A DNA stretch of 64,000 nucleotides from Treponemataceae bacterium (lineage in GTDB: Bacteria > Spirochaetota > Spirochaetia > Treponematales > Rectinemataceae), in NCBI GenBank assembly GCA_963678065.2, contig CAXXVZ010000003.1, positions 2,080,001-2,144,000 on the forward strand. The letters are read 5' to 3'. This document shows, one piece after another, positions 44,883-54,964 of this stretch; positions within the stretch are counted from its first letter, which is position 1; each line of letters opens with the position of its first letter. A program made the translations under genes and the position numbers. Under the pieces are notes generated by a model. That model saw nothing but the letters and a program-made list of their open reading frames with translations. It was not told where the DNA came from and ran no database searches.

Positions 44883-46142
44883 ATGAGGGGCAGCGGAGAC
44901 CTCGCGATAATCAACATATCCGAATGCCTCACCCCGAAGGGCTCCACGGCGCGGTGCGGCGCCTCCATGGCCGATATCGAAACCATTCCGGACGCGGTCA
45001 TCCTCATCCGGAATGGCCTCATCGCCTACGCGGGGCCCGCTTCGGGCATTTCCGCGGCTTCTTTCGCCGGAATGCCCATCCTCGACTCAGGCGGGAGACC
45101 GGCCATCCCGGGATTCGTCGACAGCCACACTCATTTCATCTTCGCAGGCTACCGGGCCGAAGAGTTCTACTGGCGTGCGGGCGGCATCCCTTACATGGAA
45201 ATCCACAAGCGCGGAGGTGGTATCAGGCGCAGCGTGGATGCCACCCGCGCGGCGTCCCTCGAGGAACTCGTCGCCCTGGGCAAGAAACGGCTTTCCGCCA
45301 TGACAGCCTCGGGGATCACGACCGTCGAAGGTAAATCGGGCTATGGTCTCGACCTCGGGACGGAGCTGCGGCAGCTCGAGGCGATGCGCGCGCTTGGCGA
45401 TGATCCCTCGGTCGCCGTCGACATCGTGCCGACATTTCTCGGCCCGCATTCGACTCCGCCGGAGTTCGTCGGGAACCCATCCGCCTACATCGACTACGTC
45501 ATCGCGACGGTTCTGCCCGAGGTCAGGGCGCGGAAGGCCGCCGTTTTCTGCGACATCTTCTGTGAAAAAAACGTCTTTGAGCTGGAGGATTCCCGTCGCT
45601 ATCTCGAAGCCGCCCGATCGCTCGGTTTCCGGCTCAAGCTTCACGCCGACGAAATCGAGAGGATCGGGGGAGCGGGACTGGCTGCCGAAATGGCCGCGAC
45701 GAGCGCCGACCACCTCCTCAAGGCTTCGATGGAAGACCTGGGAGCCATGGCGCGAGCCGGAGTCATCGCAACCTGCCTCCCCCTCACCGCCTTCACCCTG
45801 CGAGAGCCCTATGCCGACGCGCGAGGCATGATCGACGCGGGGCTCGCCCTCGCCCTCGCATCCGATCTCAATCCTGGCTCCTGTTTCTCCCAGTCCATTC
45901 CCCTCATCTTCGCCCTCGGGGTCCTGTATATGAAGCTGCTGCCTGAAGAAATACTGACAGCCCTGACCCTCAACGGTGCAGCCGCCCTGGGATTGGCCGG
46001 GAAGACGGGATCGATCGAAGCAGGGAAGCAGGGAGACATCGTCCTTCTCGACGCTCCCTCATGGAAGCATCTCGCGTACAATGTAGGCGCGAATCCTGTC
46101 TCCTGCGTCGTAAAGAACGGGATACCCGTCTGGGGTTCCTGA
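44883..46142 (+). CDS. hutI: Imidazolonepropionase
   Basis: PGFVDSHTH, GGGI..SV.ATR, EGKSGYGL, KLHADE, SADHL, SD.NPG. Confidence 0.93.
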   Translation: MRGSGDLAIINISECLTPKGSTARCGASMADIETIPDAVILIRNGLIAYAGPASGISAASFAGMPILDSGGRPAIPGFVDSHTHFIFAGYRAEEFYWRAGGIPYMEIHKRGGGIRRSVDATRAASLEELVALGKKRLSAMTASGITTVEGKSGYGLDLGTELRQLEAMRALGDDPSVAVDIVPTFLGPHSTPPEFVGNPSAYIDYVIATVLPEVRARKAAVFCDIFCEKNVFELEDSRRYLEAARSLGFRLKLHADEIERIGGAGLAAEMAATSADHLLKASMEDLGAMARAGVIATCLPLTAFTLREPYADARGMIDAGLALALASDLNPGSCFSQSIPLIFALGVLYMKLLPEEILTALTLNGAAALGLAGKTGSIEAGKQGDIVLLDAPSWKHLAYNVGANPVSCVVKNGIPVWGS

Positions 46143-46161
46143 GTACCCCGGCCGGCTTAGC

Positions 46162-47766
46162 TCACATGATGGGGCGGGCGACCCGGAATCCGGAATAGTT
46201 GAGCGCGAGGGAAGGTCCGAAAGCCCCCCGGTAGGTCGGCTTGCATGCTGCCTCGTCGCTCGCGTAGCTGCCACCGCGGAGCACCCGGTGTGTGCCGGAT
46301 TCGGGTCCGCGAGGATCGGTCTGTGCCCCTGTCGGATACGCGCCATACCAGTCCAGACACCATTCCCACGCGTTGCCGGAAAAATCATACAGGCCCAGTT
46401 CATTCGGATTCTTTGTCCCGATGGCGTGGGTCCGGTTGTCGGAATTGCCATAGTACCAGGCGGCAAGCCGCACATCCACGGAACCGGCGTAGGCCGAACC
46501 GCGCGAACCCCTCCCGCCGCGCGCGGCATACTCCCACTGCGCTTCGGTGGGGAGCCGGTAGCCGTTGCGGGTCCAGTCGACGTAGTAGGAATCGGCCAAT
46601 GCCCGGTAAGCCGGCTGGAGCCCCTCTTTCCATGAAAGCCAGTTGCAGTATTCCGCAGTGTCGTTCCAGCTCACCACGGTGACGGGATCCCTCTCCGTCT
46701 GGACAAAGCCAGGATTCATCCAGGTCACATTCTTGTCGCGCTTCCACTCCCTGCCGGTCCAGACATAGCCTCCGCCGGAGAGTTCGGCCTGGGTTCTGTA
46801 TCCTGTCGACTCTACGAAGGCGCGGAACTCCCCGACCGTGACCTCGAACTTCCCTATGAGAAAGGAGGGGAGTGTGACCTGATGTACGGGTTTCTGGTCA
46901 TCTTCACCGCCAAGTGCACCCATCTGGAAGCTCCCTCCCTCGACCGTCACGATCTGCCAGGTATCTCTGGCCGTCTTCAGGGAACTGAGACCATCAGCCA
47001 GCCGCACTCCGGGATCGCGGGTATAGAACATGAAGGAAGTCTTCGCACCTTCATCCCGGGCGAGAAGCCTGCCTGTGGCCTTGTGGACTATTTTTACTGC
47101 TTTGATCTCCACCAAATACGTTCCCGAACCTTTCCGAGTCACAGAATAGTCGGCTTCCCCCGCGAGGGAATTCGTCTTGACGAGGCTGTCGAAGGCTGTA
47201 TATGTGGCGCCGATATCGCTCGCCCCGGCGATGGAGTAGCGGAAGCTGGATTTGAAAAGAAAATTGGGATCCGGCGATTCCACGGTTATCGGCCAGTATT
47301 TCAGATTTCTGTCGAAAGAACCAACAGTCAGCTTGACCTGGGGAGCCCCGATAGTGAAGATTTTGCGTTCCAGCTTCGCTATCGCCTCGACTTCCTCAGC
47401 AGCCAGTCGCTTCATGAAATCATCGTAGTTTTCCCAAGGTTTGGCCTCATCGGGCCAACCGACCCTTCTCAGTCGCGCAATCTCCGCAAGCGCCGATTCG
47501 AGAAGACTGATATCGGTGGAATGGACAGCGGAATACCCGCTGTCCGGGCTGCCCATCGTGGAGGGAAGCACCGGATTTGCCGATGCCGGAGCCGTCACCG
47601 CGGAAGGCTGCATGGTAGTCGTTGTGGTCGATGCGACAGCCGGAATTGTGGACCCTGGCGCTGTAGTAGGGCCTGAGGGTGCACTGTCGGTGGATTGAGC
47701 GTAGAGGACTGCGGAACCTGCCACAAAGCACAGCGCCAATATCCCTGCTTTTATCGTTTTTTTCAT
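46162..47766 (-). CDS. Exported FGE-sulfatase (SUMF1/C-type lectin fold) domain protein
   Basis: Signal peptide, S/T/P-rich linker, GG.F.MG, PV..VSW, RLPTEAQWEYAARGG, GNAWEWC, RGGS, GFR. Confidence 0.88.
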   Translation of the reverse strand: MKKTIKAGILALCFVAGSAVLYAQSTDSAPSGPTTAPGSTIPAVASTTTTTMQPSAVTAPASANPVLPSTMGSPDSGYSAVHSTDISLLESALAEIARLRRVGWPDEAKPWENYDDFMKRLAAEEVEAIAKLERKIFTIGAPQVKLTVGSFDRNLKYWPITVESPDPNFLFKSSFRYSIAGASDIGATYTAFDSLVKTNSLAGEADYSVTRKGSGTYLVEIKAVKIVHKATGRLLARDEGAKTSFMFYTRDPGVRLADGLSSLKTARDTWQIVTVEGGSFQMGALGGEDDQKPVHQVTLPSFLIGKFEVTVGEFRAFVESTGYRTQAELSGGGYVWTGREWKRDKNVTWMNPGFVQTERDPVTVVSWNDTAEYCNWLSWKEGLQPAYRALADSYYVDWTRNGYRLPTEAQWEYAARGGRGSRGSAYAGSVDVRLAAWYYGNSDNRTHAIGTKNPNELGLYDFSGNAWEWCLDWYGAYPTGAQTDPRGPESGTHRVLRGGSYASDEAACKPTYRGAFGPSLALNYSGFRVARPIM

Positions 47767-47870
47767 ATTCCAGGCTCCTTGTCGCGGACTCTGAATATCA
47801 TTTTAACATCCATTCACCGGCTAAACAAGTTTTTGCTCGGGAAAATGATCGCTTGGACCGACCGCTCACA

Positions 47871-48767
47871 TCACGCCGCCATCTTTCCCCTTGCATGCGT
47901 GGCCACGTACACGACGACGGCGGCAATAACGGAAAAGATGGTGATGATGAGGGGCTTTTCCGGCCTCTCTCCGTACACAAGAACACCGAGTGCGAGCTGA
48001 AGGCTTGGCGAAAGATATTGGATGAACCCCATGCGCTGAAGCGATATGGAATTGGCTGCGGTCGCGAAAAGAATCAGCGGTATCGCCGTCATCACGCCCG
48101 CGAAGGCGAGCAGAAAAGAAACGACCGGCCCCGCGGAGAGGAATGCCGCGGTTCCTGCCGACTGGCGGAATATGAGGTACATGATCGCTAAAGGCGAAAC
48201 GATGAGAGTCTCGACCGCCAGACCCGCCATTGGATCGAGTCCGGCCTTTTTCTTTAAAAGCCCGTAGAGGCCAAAACTCAACGCGAGTATGAGGGAAACC
48301 CAGGGAACCGACCCGTAAACCAGGGCTGCACCGAGAATCCCGAGCGCCGCGATCGAAACGGAAATCCCTGTCCATAGATCCATCTTTTCGCCGGCAAAAG
48401 CCGCCCCGAGAGCCACGGACACGAGCGGATTGATGTAGTATCCGAGCGCGCTCTCCGTAACCCTGCCCGAATTGACAGCCAGGATGTATACCCCCCAGTT
48501 AACCGTGATGAGGAGGGCGGCGGGCACAATGAGGCTCATCTGCCTTCGGTTCGCGAATATCGACCTGACTTTTTCTAGCTTTCCCGAGAAACCGAGCACA
48601 AATAGACAGAAGACTGCGGCCCACACGAAGCGGTGCCCCAGAATCTGGAGGGAATCGACCATTTTCAGCTGTTTCCAGTACAATGGAAACAATCCCCAGA
48701 TCCCGTATGCGAGGAAGGCCGCCAGCGTTCCCCTGGCCGTCCTGTCAACCTTTGTGTCGCCACTCAT
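47871..48767 (-). CDS. rarD: RarD (EamA family) permease
   Basis: AY..WG.FPLYWK, NW..YI.AVN, SALGYYINPL, GFIQYLSP. Confidence 0.9.
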   Translation of the reverse strand: MSGDTKVDRTARGTLAAFLAYGIWGLFPLYWKQLKMVDSLQILGHRFVWAAVFCLFVLGFSGKLEKVRSIFANRRQMSLIVPAALLITVNWGVYILAVNSGRVTESALGYYINPLVSVALGAAFAGEKMDLWTGISVSIAALGILGAALVYGSVPWVSLILALSFGLYGLLKKKAGLDPMAGLAVETLIVSPLAIMYLIFRQSAGTAAFLSAGPVVSFLLAFAGVMTAIPLILFATAANSISLQRMGFIQYLSPSLQLALGVLVYGERPEKPLIITIFSVIAAVVVYVATHARGKMAA

Positions 48768-48915
48768 GGAATCATACTAACCAGGGTGTAGATATTAGTC
48801 GATAGAGAGGTCGATGAATATTCAGATCGCGCCGGTTTAGCCGGTGGATTGCGCAACTTTATGCATGATCCAGTATGATCGCGCTCCATACAGCCCAATG
48901 GCCCGCGCCCCCTCG

Positions 48916-49620
48916 CTATATCCCCAGATAGGCGGTTTTTACCTCGGGCTTGCTCGCTATTTCCCTGGCATCGCCCGAAAGAACGATATTCCCCGTCTCG
49001 AGGACATAGGCGCGATTCGCTATGGAAAGGGCCATCTGTGCGTTTTGCTCCACGAGGAGAATACTTGTGCCCTGTTTATTGATCTCGACTATTATCTTGA
49101 AGATTTCCTCCACGAGTATAGGCGAGAGTCCCATCGAAGGTTCATCGAGCAAAAGGAGGCTCGGCTGAGACATAAGGGCTCGAGCCATCGCGAGCATTTG
49201 CTGCTCGCCGCCCGAGAGAGTGCCGCCATACTGGCTTTCGCGCTCCTTGAGACGTGGAAAACTCTTATACGCGCGCTGAAGCGTGGCTTGGATCTCGGCC
49301 TGGTCTTTTCGCGTGTAAGCCCCCATCATGATGTTTTCCTTGACGGTGAGCGGAGCAAAGATCCGGCGACCTTCAGGGACATGACTCATGCCCATCTTGA
49401 CGATCTTCTCGGCCGGGACCGTGGTGATCTCCTCGCCGTTAAAGGTTATCGAGCCCTCTCGAGGCCGCAGGATTCCTGAGAGGCTCCTGAGTATGGTCGA
49501 TTTACCGGCGCCATTCGCACCGATGAGGGTGACGATCTCGCCCTTATCGACGTTGAACGACACGCCATGGAGGGCATGGATCGCGCCGTAGAATACGTGA
49601 AGATTCTCAACTCGCAGCAA
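48916..49620 (-). CDS. livF: Branched-chain amino acid ABC ATPase
   Basis: GANGAGKST, VPEGRRIF, LSGGEQQM, DEPSMGL, VEQN. Confidence 0.93.
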   Translation of the reverse strand: MLRVENLHVFYGAIHALHGVSFNVDKGEIVTLIGANGAGKSTILRSLSGILRPREGSITFNGEEITTVPAEKIVKMGMSHVPEGRRIFAPLTVKENIMMGAYTRKDQAEIQATLQRAYKSFPRLKERESQYGGTLSGGEQQMLAMARALMSQPSLLLLDEPSMGLSPILVEEIFKIIVEINKQGTSILLVEQNAQMALSIANRAYVLETGNIVLSGDAREIASKPEVKTAYLGI

Positions 49621-50410
49621 TTTTGCCGGCTCCTTTCCCGAGGTATGCCTCGATGACCATCGCGTTCGATTGTATCTCCTTGGGCGTGCCCCGCGCGATG
49701 ACCTCGCCGAAGTCCATCACAGTGAGATACTCGCAGATACCCATCACGATGCGCATCTGATGCTCGATGAGAAGTATCGTGAGATCGAAGCGATCCTTGA
49801 CGAAATGGATGAGGTCCATCAGTTCGATGATCTCGCGGGGATTCATGCCCGCAGCAGGTTCATCGAGCAAGAGGAGGCTCGGGTTGCAGGCCAGGGCTCG
49901 CGCTATTTCGACGCGGCGCTGTTGGCCATAGGGAAGGTTTCGTGCGATTTCGTCCGCTATGTTCTCTAGCTTGAATATCGAAAGGAAATCGAGGGCCTTC
50001 TCGGTGAGCTCTTTCTCCCCCTTGGCATATCGCCTCGATCGGAGAATGCTGTCGCCTAGCGTGTAACCTGCATGGTAATGGTACGCGATGCGAACATTGT
50101 CGAGAACCGAGAGGTTGGAGAAGAGGCGGATATTCTGAAAGGTCCGGGCGATGCCCGAGCGGGTGACCTCAAAACTCTCAAGGCCATCGACGCGCTCACC
50201 TTTGAATTCTATCGAGCCCGACGTAAGGGGGATGATCCCCGTGATGAGGTTGAAGGCAGTGGTCTTGCCCGCCCCGTTAGGACCGATGAGGCCCTGAAGG
50301 CTGCCCTTTGGAAGGCTCAAGTTGAAGTCCTTGACTGCAAGAAGGCCGCCGAAGGCCTTAGTTACGTCATTCATCGCGAGGATAGTCGCGCCTTTTTTCA
50401 AGTCTGCCAT
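49607..50410 (-). CDS. livG: Branched-chain amino acid ABC ATPase
   Basis: GPNGAGKTT, ARTFQNIRLF, LPYG.QR, DEPAAGMN. Confidence 0.93.
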   Translation of the reverse strand: MADLKKGATILAMNDVTKAFGGLLAVKDFNLSLPKGSLQGLIGPNGAGKTTAFNLITGIIPLTSGSIEFKGERVDGLESFEVTRSGIARTFQNIRLFSNLSVLDNVRIAYHYHAGYTLGDSILRSRRYAKGEKELTEKALDFLSIFKLENIADEIARNLPYGQQRRVEIARALACNPSLLLLDEPAAGMNPREIIELMDLIHFVKDRFDLTILLIEHQMRIVMGICEYLTVMDFGEVIARGTPKEIQSNAMVIEAYLGKGAGKIAAS

Positions 50411-50411
50411 T

Positions 50412-51776
50412 TTATTTCCTCGCCCTCTTCGACTTTGCCGATAGTGCGGCTTTGATTTTGCCGCCTATGCCCTCGTCCCGGAAGAATCCCCATTCCACTG
50501 TGCCAAGGAGACCTTGAGGTCGGACGAGCATGAGCAAGAGAAGAGTGATCGGATAGAGAACGAAACGCCACGAGGGCGCGTCAGTCCCGAACTGGCCGAG
50601 GAGTACGCGCAAGAAGCCTTCGAGGAAAAATATCCAGCCGAATGCCGCCGCTATCGTGCCGGTCATGGAGCCAAGGCCTCCGAATACTACGATGATGAGC
50701 GGGTTGAAGCCCGAAATGAAGTCGAAAGTATTCGGCGAGAGGAATCCGATGTAATGGGCGTAGATACCGCCGCCTATGCCCGCAACAAAACTGCCGACGA
50801 CGAAGGCGAGGAGTTTGTTGTCCGCAACATTGATGCCCATCGCCCTGGCCGCTATTTCGTCCTCACGAACCGCCAACGTAGCACGACCCGTGCTAGACCG
50901 TATGAAATTTCGTATGAGTACTACGACAAAGAGAAGGAAAAAGAAGGCCCAGGCCCAATTTGTGAGCTTGGGTATACCGATCATACCCCGTCCGCCCTTC
51001 ATCTCTTGGAAGGGTAGGATCGTATCCGAATTGACGAGAAGGGTCTTCACGACGATGGCGAAGCCAAGTGTCGCGATACCGAAGTAGTCGGAGCCGAGGC
51101 TGAGCACAGGGAGACCGAAGAGGAAACTCACTTCAGCGGCGAAGGCTCCCGCAAAAATAACGGAGAGGAAGAACACCGCCTGAAGCGCAATGAACGATTT
51201 AAGAGGCCCGGGTGCGTCAGGAGTGCCGAACAGCGGAGTGCACATCGGTGATAGGATTTTACCAAGCCACACCGAGAGGAAGCCTACGGCGACGATCGCG
51301 AAGAGGTAAAATGTAAAGGCCGACAGCACAGGTACGCCACGCTTGCGCTTGAGGAACCGGCCCACGCCGAGGATAGTCAAGGCACCGAGTATAACGCCGA
51401 GGCCCACGACAATGAGTCCGCTCGCGTCGCCGTTCGTCCAGCGGTATGTGATATCGGCCGAGCAATAAGCCCCGATGCCGTAGAATCCCCACTGTGCTAA
51501 GCTGAACTGTCCATTGAAACCGTAAATGAGGTTGAGGCCGAGGGCCACCATTGTCATGGTGATGGCCTGGAACAATAATCCCTGGTCAAAAGCCGAAAAA
51601 AGGGCGAAAGAGCCTATCTTGGTAAGAATGATGGCCTGAATAACCCCGAAGGCCAGGACAATGGTAGCCGCTTTCTCCCAGAGCCTCTTGCGTCCGAGGC
51701 CCCAGAGCAATCCGTATATCCAAGCCATAAGGGCGACCATCTTTACAATGGTACTGACGAGGTATCCGAGTTCCAT
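50412..51776 (-). CDS. livM: Branched-chain amino acid ABC permease
   Basis: GLNL..GF.GQFSL, DYFGIATLGF, GR...AVREDEIAA, GGLGS. Confidence 0.9.
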   Translation of the reverse strand: MELGYLVSTIVKMVALMAWIYGLLWGLGRKRLWEKAATIVLAFGVIQAIILTKIGSFALFSAFDQGLLFQAITMTMVALGLNLIYGFNGQFSLAQWGFYGIGAYCSADITYRWTNGDASGLIVVGLGVILGALTILGVGRFLKRKRGVPVLSAFTFYLFAIVAVGFLSVWLGKILSPMCTPLFGTPDAPGPLKSFIALQAVFFLSVIFAGAFAAEVSFLFGLPVLSLGSDYFGIATLGFAIVVKTLLVNSDTILPFQEMKGGRGMIGIPKLTNWAWAFFFLLFVVVLIRNFIRSSTGRATLAVREDEIAARAMGINVADNKLLAFVVGSFVAGIGGGIYAHYIGFLSPNTFDFISGFNPLIIVVFGGLGSMTGTIAAAFGWIFFLEGFLRVLLGQFGTDAPSWRFVLYPITLLLLMLVRPQGLLGTVEWGFFRDEGIGGKIKAALSAKSKRARK

Positions 51777-51786
51777 AATCCTCTCC

Positions 51787-52917
51787 CTATGCCTTTTCCA
51801 ACGATGGCTCACCGAACAGGCCAGTCGGCTTCACAAGGAGTACGATGATGAGGATTGTGAAGGCCACTGCATCGCGCATGGGCGTCGAGATGTAGCTCAT
51901 CGTCAGGGACTCGGCCTGCCCCATGATGAGGGCGCCAACGAAGGCTCCCGGGATGCTGCCAATCCCCCCGAGAACAGCTGCCACGAAGGCTTTGAGACCA
52001 GGGAGAGTGCCTAGCTGGGTCCAGATCGAGGAGTACGCTATTGCGTAGAGCACTCCTCCCAAACCCGCGAACGCTGCGCCGATGGCGAACGTGAAGGAGA
52101 TGACCCGATCCACATTGATGCCCATGAGCCGCGCCGTCGATTTGTCGTAAGAGGCTGCACGCATCGCTATGCCGATTTTTGTATGCTTGACAATAAACTG
52201 CAGAAGGATCTGCACAAGGATGGAGGCAGCGGCGATGATGAGAAATATATTGGAGAAAGAGATCGTATTGTCTGGTGAGGCCTGCCCCGAAACGATGGGG
52301 TGTATTCCGTCCTGAATGTACCAGGCTGTTGTGGGGAAGGGCGATTTATAAGGAATGAAGCGCCCTGAAAAGACGAAAGGCAGGGCACCGAAAAATTCGA
52401 GGAAAAACGAGACACCGATCGCGGTAATGAGAGCCGCGATACGCGGGGCATCGCGGAGGGGCTTGTATGCAACCCGCTCTATGGTTACCGCAAGGATGAC
52501 GCAGACCGCCATGGAGAAGAGGACTACCGTGAGCGAACCGATGATGAGCGAGAAAGAGGGAGCGATGCCGGGAAAGACAGCCTGTGGCCACTTGTGGAGG
52601 TTGAAGCGGCTGACCGCGTAGAAACTGGTGAAAGAACCCACCATGAAAACATCGCAGTGTGCAAAGTTAATGAGCTTGACTATGCCGTAGACCATCGTAT
52701 ATCCGAGCGCGATAAGGGCATATACGAAGCCGAGCTTGAGTCCGTCGAGCAGGTTCTGTATGAAAAGGATAGGATTGGACCATGCTTTACTCGTGATGTA
52801 GGCCACAGTCACGACGCCAAGGAGGATAATAAAAGCCCAGCCGACCCAGGCGAGAGGCGGTCCGCGACGCACCCTGGCGCTCTTCGCGGCTTTTGTTGTT
52901 TCGGTGCTAGCTGGCAT
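51787..52917 (-). CDS. livH: Branched-chain amino acid ABC permease
   Basis: YALIALGYTMVYGI..LINFAH, ER.AY.PLR, KAFVAAVLGGIG. Confidence 0.92.
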   Translation of the reverse strand: MPASTETTKAAKSARVRRGPPLAWVGWAFIILLGVVTVAYITSKAWSNPILFIQNLLDGLKLGFVYALIALGYTMVYGIVKLINFAHCDVFMVGSFTSFYAVSRFNLHKWPQAVFPGIAPSFSLIIGSLTVVLFSMAVCVILAVTIERVAYKPLRDAPRIAALITAIGVSFFLEFFGALPFVFSGRFIPYKSPFPTTAWYIQDGIHPIVSGQASPDNTISFSNIFLIIAAASILVQILLQFIVKHTKIGIAMRAASYDKSTARLMGINVDRVISFTFAIGAAFAGLGGVLYAIAYSSIWTQLGTLPGLKAFVAAVLGGIGSIPGAFVGALIMGQAESLTMSYISTPMRDAVAFTILIIVLLVKPTGLFGEPSLEKA

Positions 52918-52947
52918 TCGTGCTACCTCTTCGATGGACGATTCAAA

Positions 52948-52979
52948 GAGAGAGGACAAGCAGAAGCTTGCCCTCTCTC
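52948..52979 (-). promoter_or_regulatory. Intercistronic stem-loop after the binding-protein gene
   Basis: GAGAGAGG-ACAAGC-AGAA-GCTTGC-CCTCTCTC on the plus strand; typical mRNA-stabilising or partial-termination element. Confidence 0.65.
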
Positions 52980-53000
52980 CGTTTTTATCAAGAAGTGGGA

Positions 53001-54137
53001 TTAAGGCTGGACGACGGAGTCGAAGACGATCTTGTCAGCCTTGACGGCGAGGATAGTCAGGGACTTCACCGGGTTGTGAAGCTTGTCCATCGTGATTATG
53101 CCCGAGACACCATTGAAGCTGATCTTCTCAAGGGCGGTCTTGACAGCAGTAGTATCGGCCTTACCCGCGCTCTGGATGGCAGTCAGAAGAAGATTCGTCG
53201 CGTCGTAGGCGAGAACGGCGAGAGCGTCAGGAACTTTGGCCTTACCGTCATCGGTCTTGTATGCGGCACCATAGGCCTTGAGGAGACCCTGGACTTCCTT
53301 CCGAGGATCATCAGGCGCGTAGTGATTGGTATAGTATCCGCCCGCCGCCGCTGCCTTGTCGAGGTCGGGAGAATCCCAGCCGTCGCCACCAACGAAAGGA
53401 ACGGAAATACCTTTCTCCTTGGCCTGCTTGGTCACGAGGTTGACGATGTTATAATAATCGGGAAGAAGCACGACTTCAGGCTTCGCATCCTTGATCTTGG
53501 CGAGAATGGCGGAAAAGTCGGTATCGGTCTTGGTGTAGGTTTCCTTTCCAACGATCTTGCCGCCGAGTTTCGTGAACTGCGATTCGAAGGCGGTCGCGAG
53601 GCCGATCGTATAATCATTGCCCTGATCATACAGGATAAAGGCTTTCTTCGCCTTTAATCTGGAGAAGGAGAACTGGGCGAGGATGCCGCCCTGGAAGGGA
53701 TCGATATAGCAGGCGCGGAAAATATAGTCCTTGGTCTTCCCGTCCTTGTCCACAGTGACATTGGGGTTCGTGGATGTCGGGCTGATCTCGAGGATCTTCG
53801 CGGGATTGGCGATCTCCGAGACGGGGATCGTGGCGCCGGAGCAGACTTCGCCGATGATAAATTTTACGCCATCCTGATTGATGACCTTGTTTGCGGCGTT
53901 GACAGCGGCATCGGCCGCGCATTGGCTGTCCTCGACGATGGGAACGATTTTCATCTTGAGGACTCCACCCTTGGCGTTCCACTCGTTGATGGCAAGCAAG
54001 GCGCCTTCTTTGGTCGAGAGGCCGAACGAGGGCACCGCGCCGGACAGGGGAGCCAAGATGGCTACCTTGAGGTCAGCGGCTCCGGCCGTGAAGACAGCCA
54101 GGACCAGGACGAGAGCGATGATCAGAACACGCTTCAT
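53001..54137 (-). CDS. LivK/LivJ-type ABC substrate-binding protein
   Basis: Signal peptide, PLSG, N..GG, SPTST, FR.C..D..QG, GGDGW, AYDA. Confidence 0.92.
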   Translation of the reverse strand: MKRVLIIALVLVLAVFTAGAADLKVAILAPLSGAVPSFGLSTKEGALLAINEWNAKGGVLKMKIVPIVEDSQCAADAAVNAANKVINQDGVKFIIGEVCSGATIPVSEIANPAKILEISPTSTNPNVTVDKDGKTKDYIFRACYIDPFQGGILAQFSFSRLKAKKAFILYDQGNDYTIGLATAFESQFTKLGGKIVGKETYTKTDTDFSAILAKIKDAKPEVVLLPDYYNIVNLVTKQAKEKGISVPFVGGDGWDSPDLDKAAAAGGYYTNHYAPDDPRKEVQGLLKAYGAAYKTDDGKAKVPDALAVLAYDATNLLLTAIQSAGKADTTAVKTALEKISFNGVSGIITMDKLHNPVKSLTILAVKADKIVFDSVVQP

Positions 54138-54165
54138 ACCTTCCTCCTAGAAAATAGATTCAATA

Positions 54166-54193
54166 AATATACCTTTCAAAATAAGGCTGTCAA
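54166..54193 (-). promoter_or_regulatory. liv operon promoter TTGACA-16-TATATT
   Basis: Read directly; AGGAGG SD downstream. Confidence 0.6.
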
Positions 54194-54298
54194 GTGCAAC
54201 CATCATTTTCGATTCATGATTCCTTCACGTATTTGCAGTGATTACTTCGACTTGTAACTCCGCACGGAGAATCTCGAAAGAAATTTCCTCAAGGATAT

Positions 54299-54721
54299 TT
54301 ATGCAAGGACTTTTGTCACGCTTCTGGCGGTGAGCCTCTGGCGAACCTCGGGCAGTTCGCAATACCAGATCTCGAAGCTCGAAAAAAGCATCGCGGCAAA
54401 CGCAATTGAAAGGTATGTCCAGTTCGCGCGCTGAGCCCCGCCCTCGACCGTGACGGTGGCATGGGACAATACCATCAATATTCGGCTGATAATATTGAAT
54501 CCCTGCGAAAAGGCGAGGAGATACCAAGGCCAAGAGGCTATGTTCCGACGCAGGAGTACCTGTATGAGCGATATCACGGTCAGCAGCGTGAGGAAGACGG
54601 GGAGCCACCATTCTTGCGTCGTTATGTTGTAGATATTGAGGGGAAAAACGATAAGAGGAAGGATCTGAAGACACAAAATGACCGGAATCATTGCCCGGTT
54701 CGTGATGAATTTACGGAACAT
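54299..54721 (-). CDS. Hypothetical 4-TM membrane protein
   Basis: Hydrophobic ORF with TTGACA-17-TAACAC 6 nt upstream of the ATG. Confidence 0.7.
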   Translation of the reverse strand: MFRKFITNRAMIPVILCLQILPLIVFPLNIYNITTQEWWLPVFLTLLTVISLIQVLLRRNIASWPWYLLAFSQGFNIISRILMVLSHATVTVEGGAQRANWTYLSIAFAAMLFSSFEIWYCELPEVRQRLTARSVTKVLA

Positions 54722-54964
54722 TGTAAAGTGTTATCATCGATAGAAGCACTTGTCAAGCCAATATCGATATCGAGGCCTGAACGCAAAAACGATGAGGATT
54801 CAGCGGGTGATTCAAGGGATTGACATGATTGGAAACCGATGGGTTGCCTTGAATAAAATGATATCATCGATACAGCCCATTTTCTGCTTTGCTTCATGTA
54901 CTCGCGCCCGGTCACATATCGGCATATCTATACAGAAGGGAGCCTCGGCCTATACACTGGCGCG

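Noticed and set aside
46162..46300. Diversity-generating retroelement variable region
   Set aside because: No reverse transcriptase and no template repeat seen in the window.
8998..48000. Numerous long antisense or alternate-frame ORFs (e.g. 8998-10140, 15948-17321, 17924-19231, 36781-38613)
   Set aside because: Shadow ORFs expected from high GC3 codon bias; they overlap well-supported genes and carry no family motifs.
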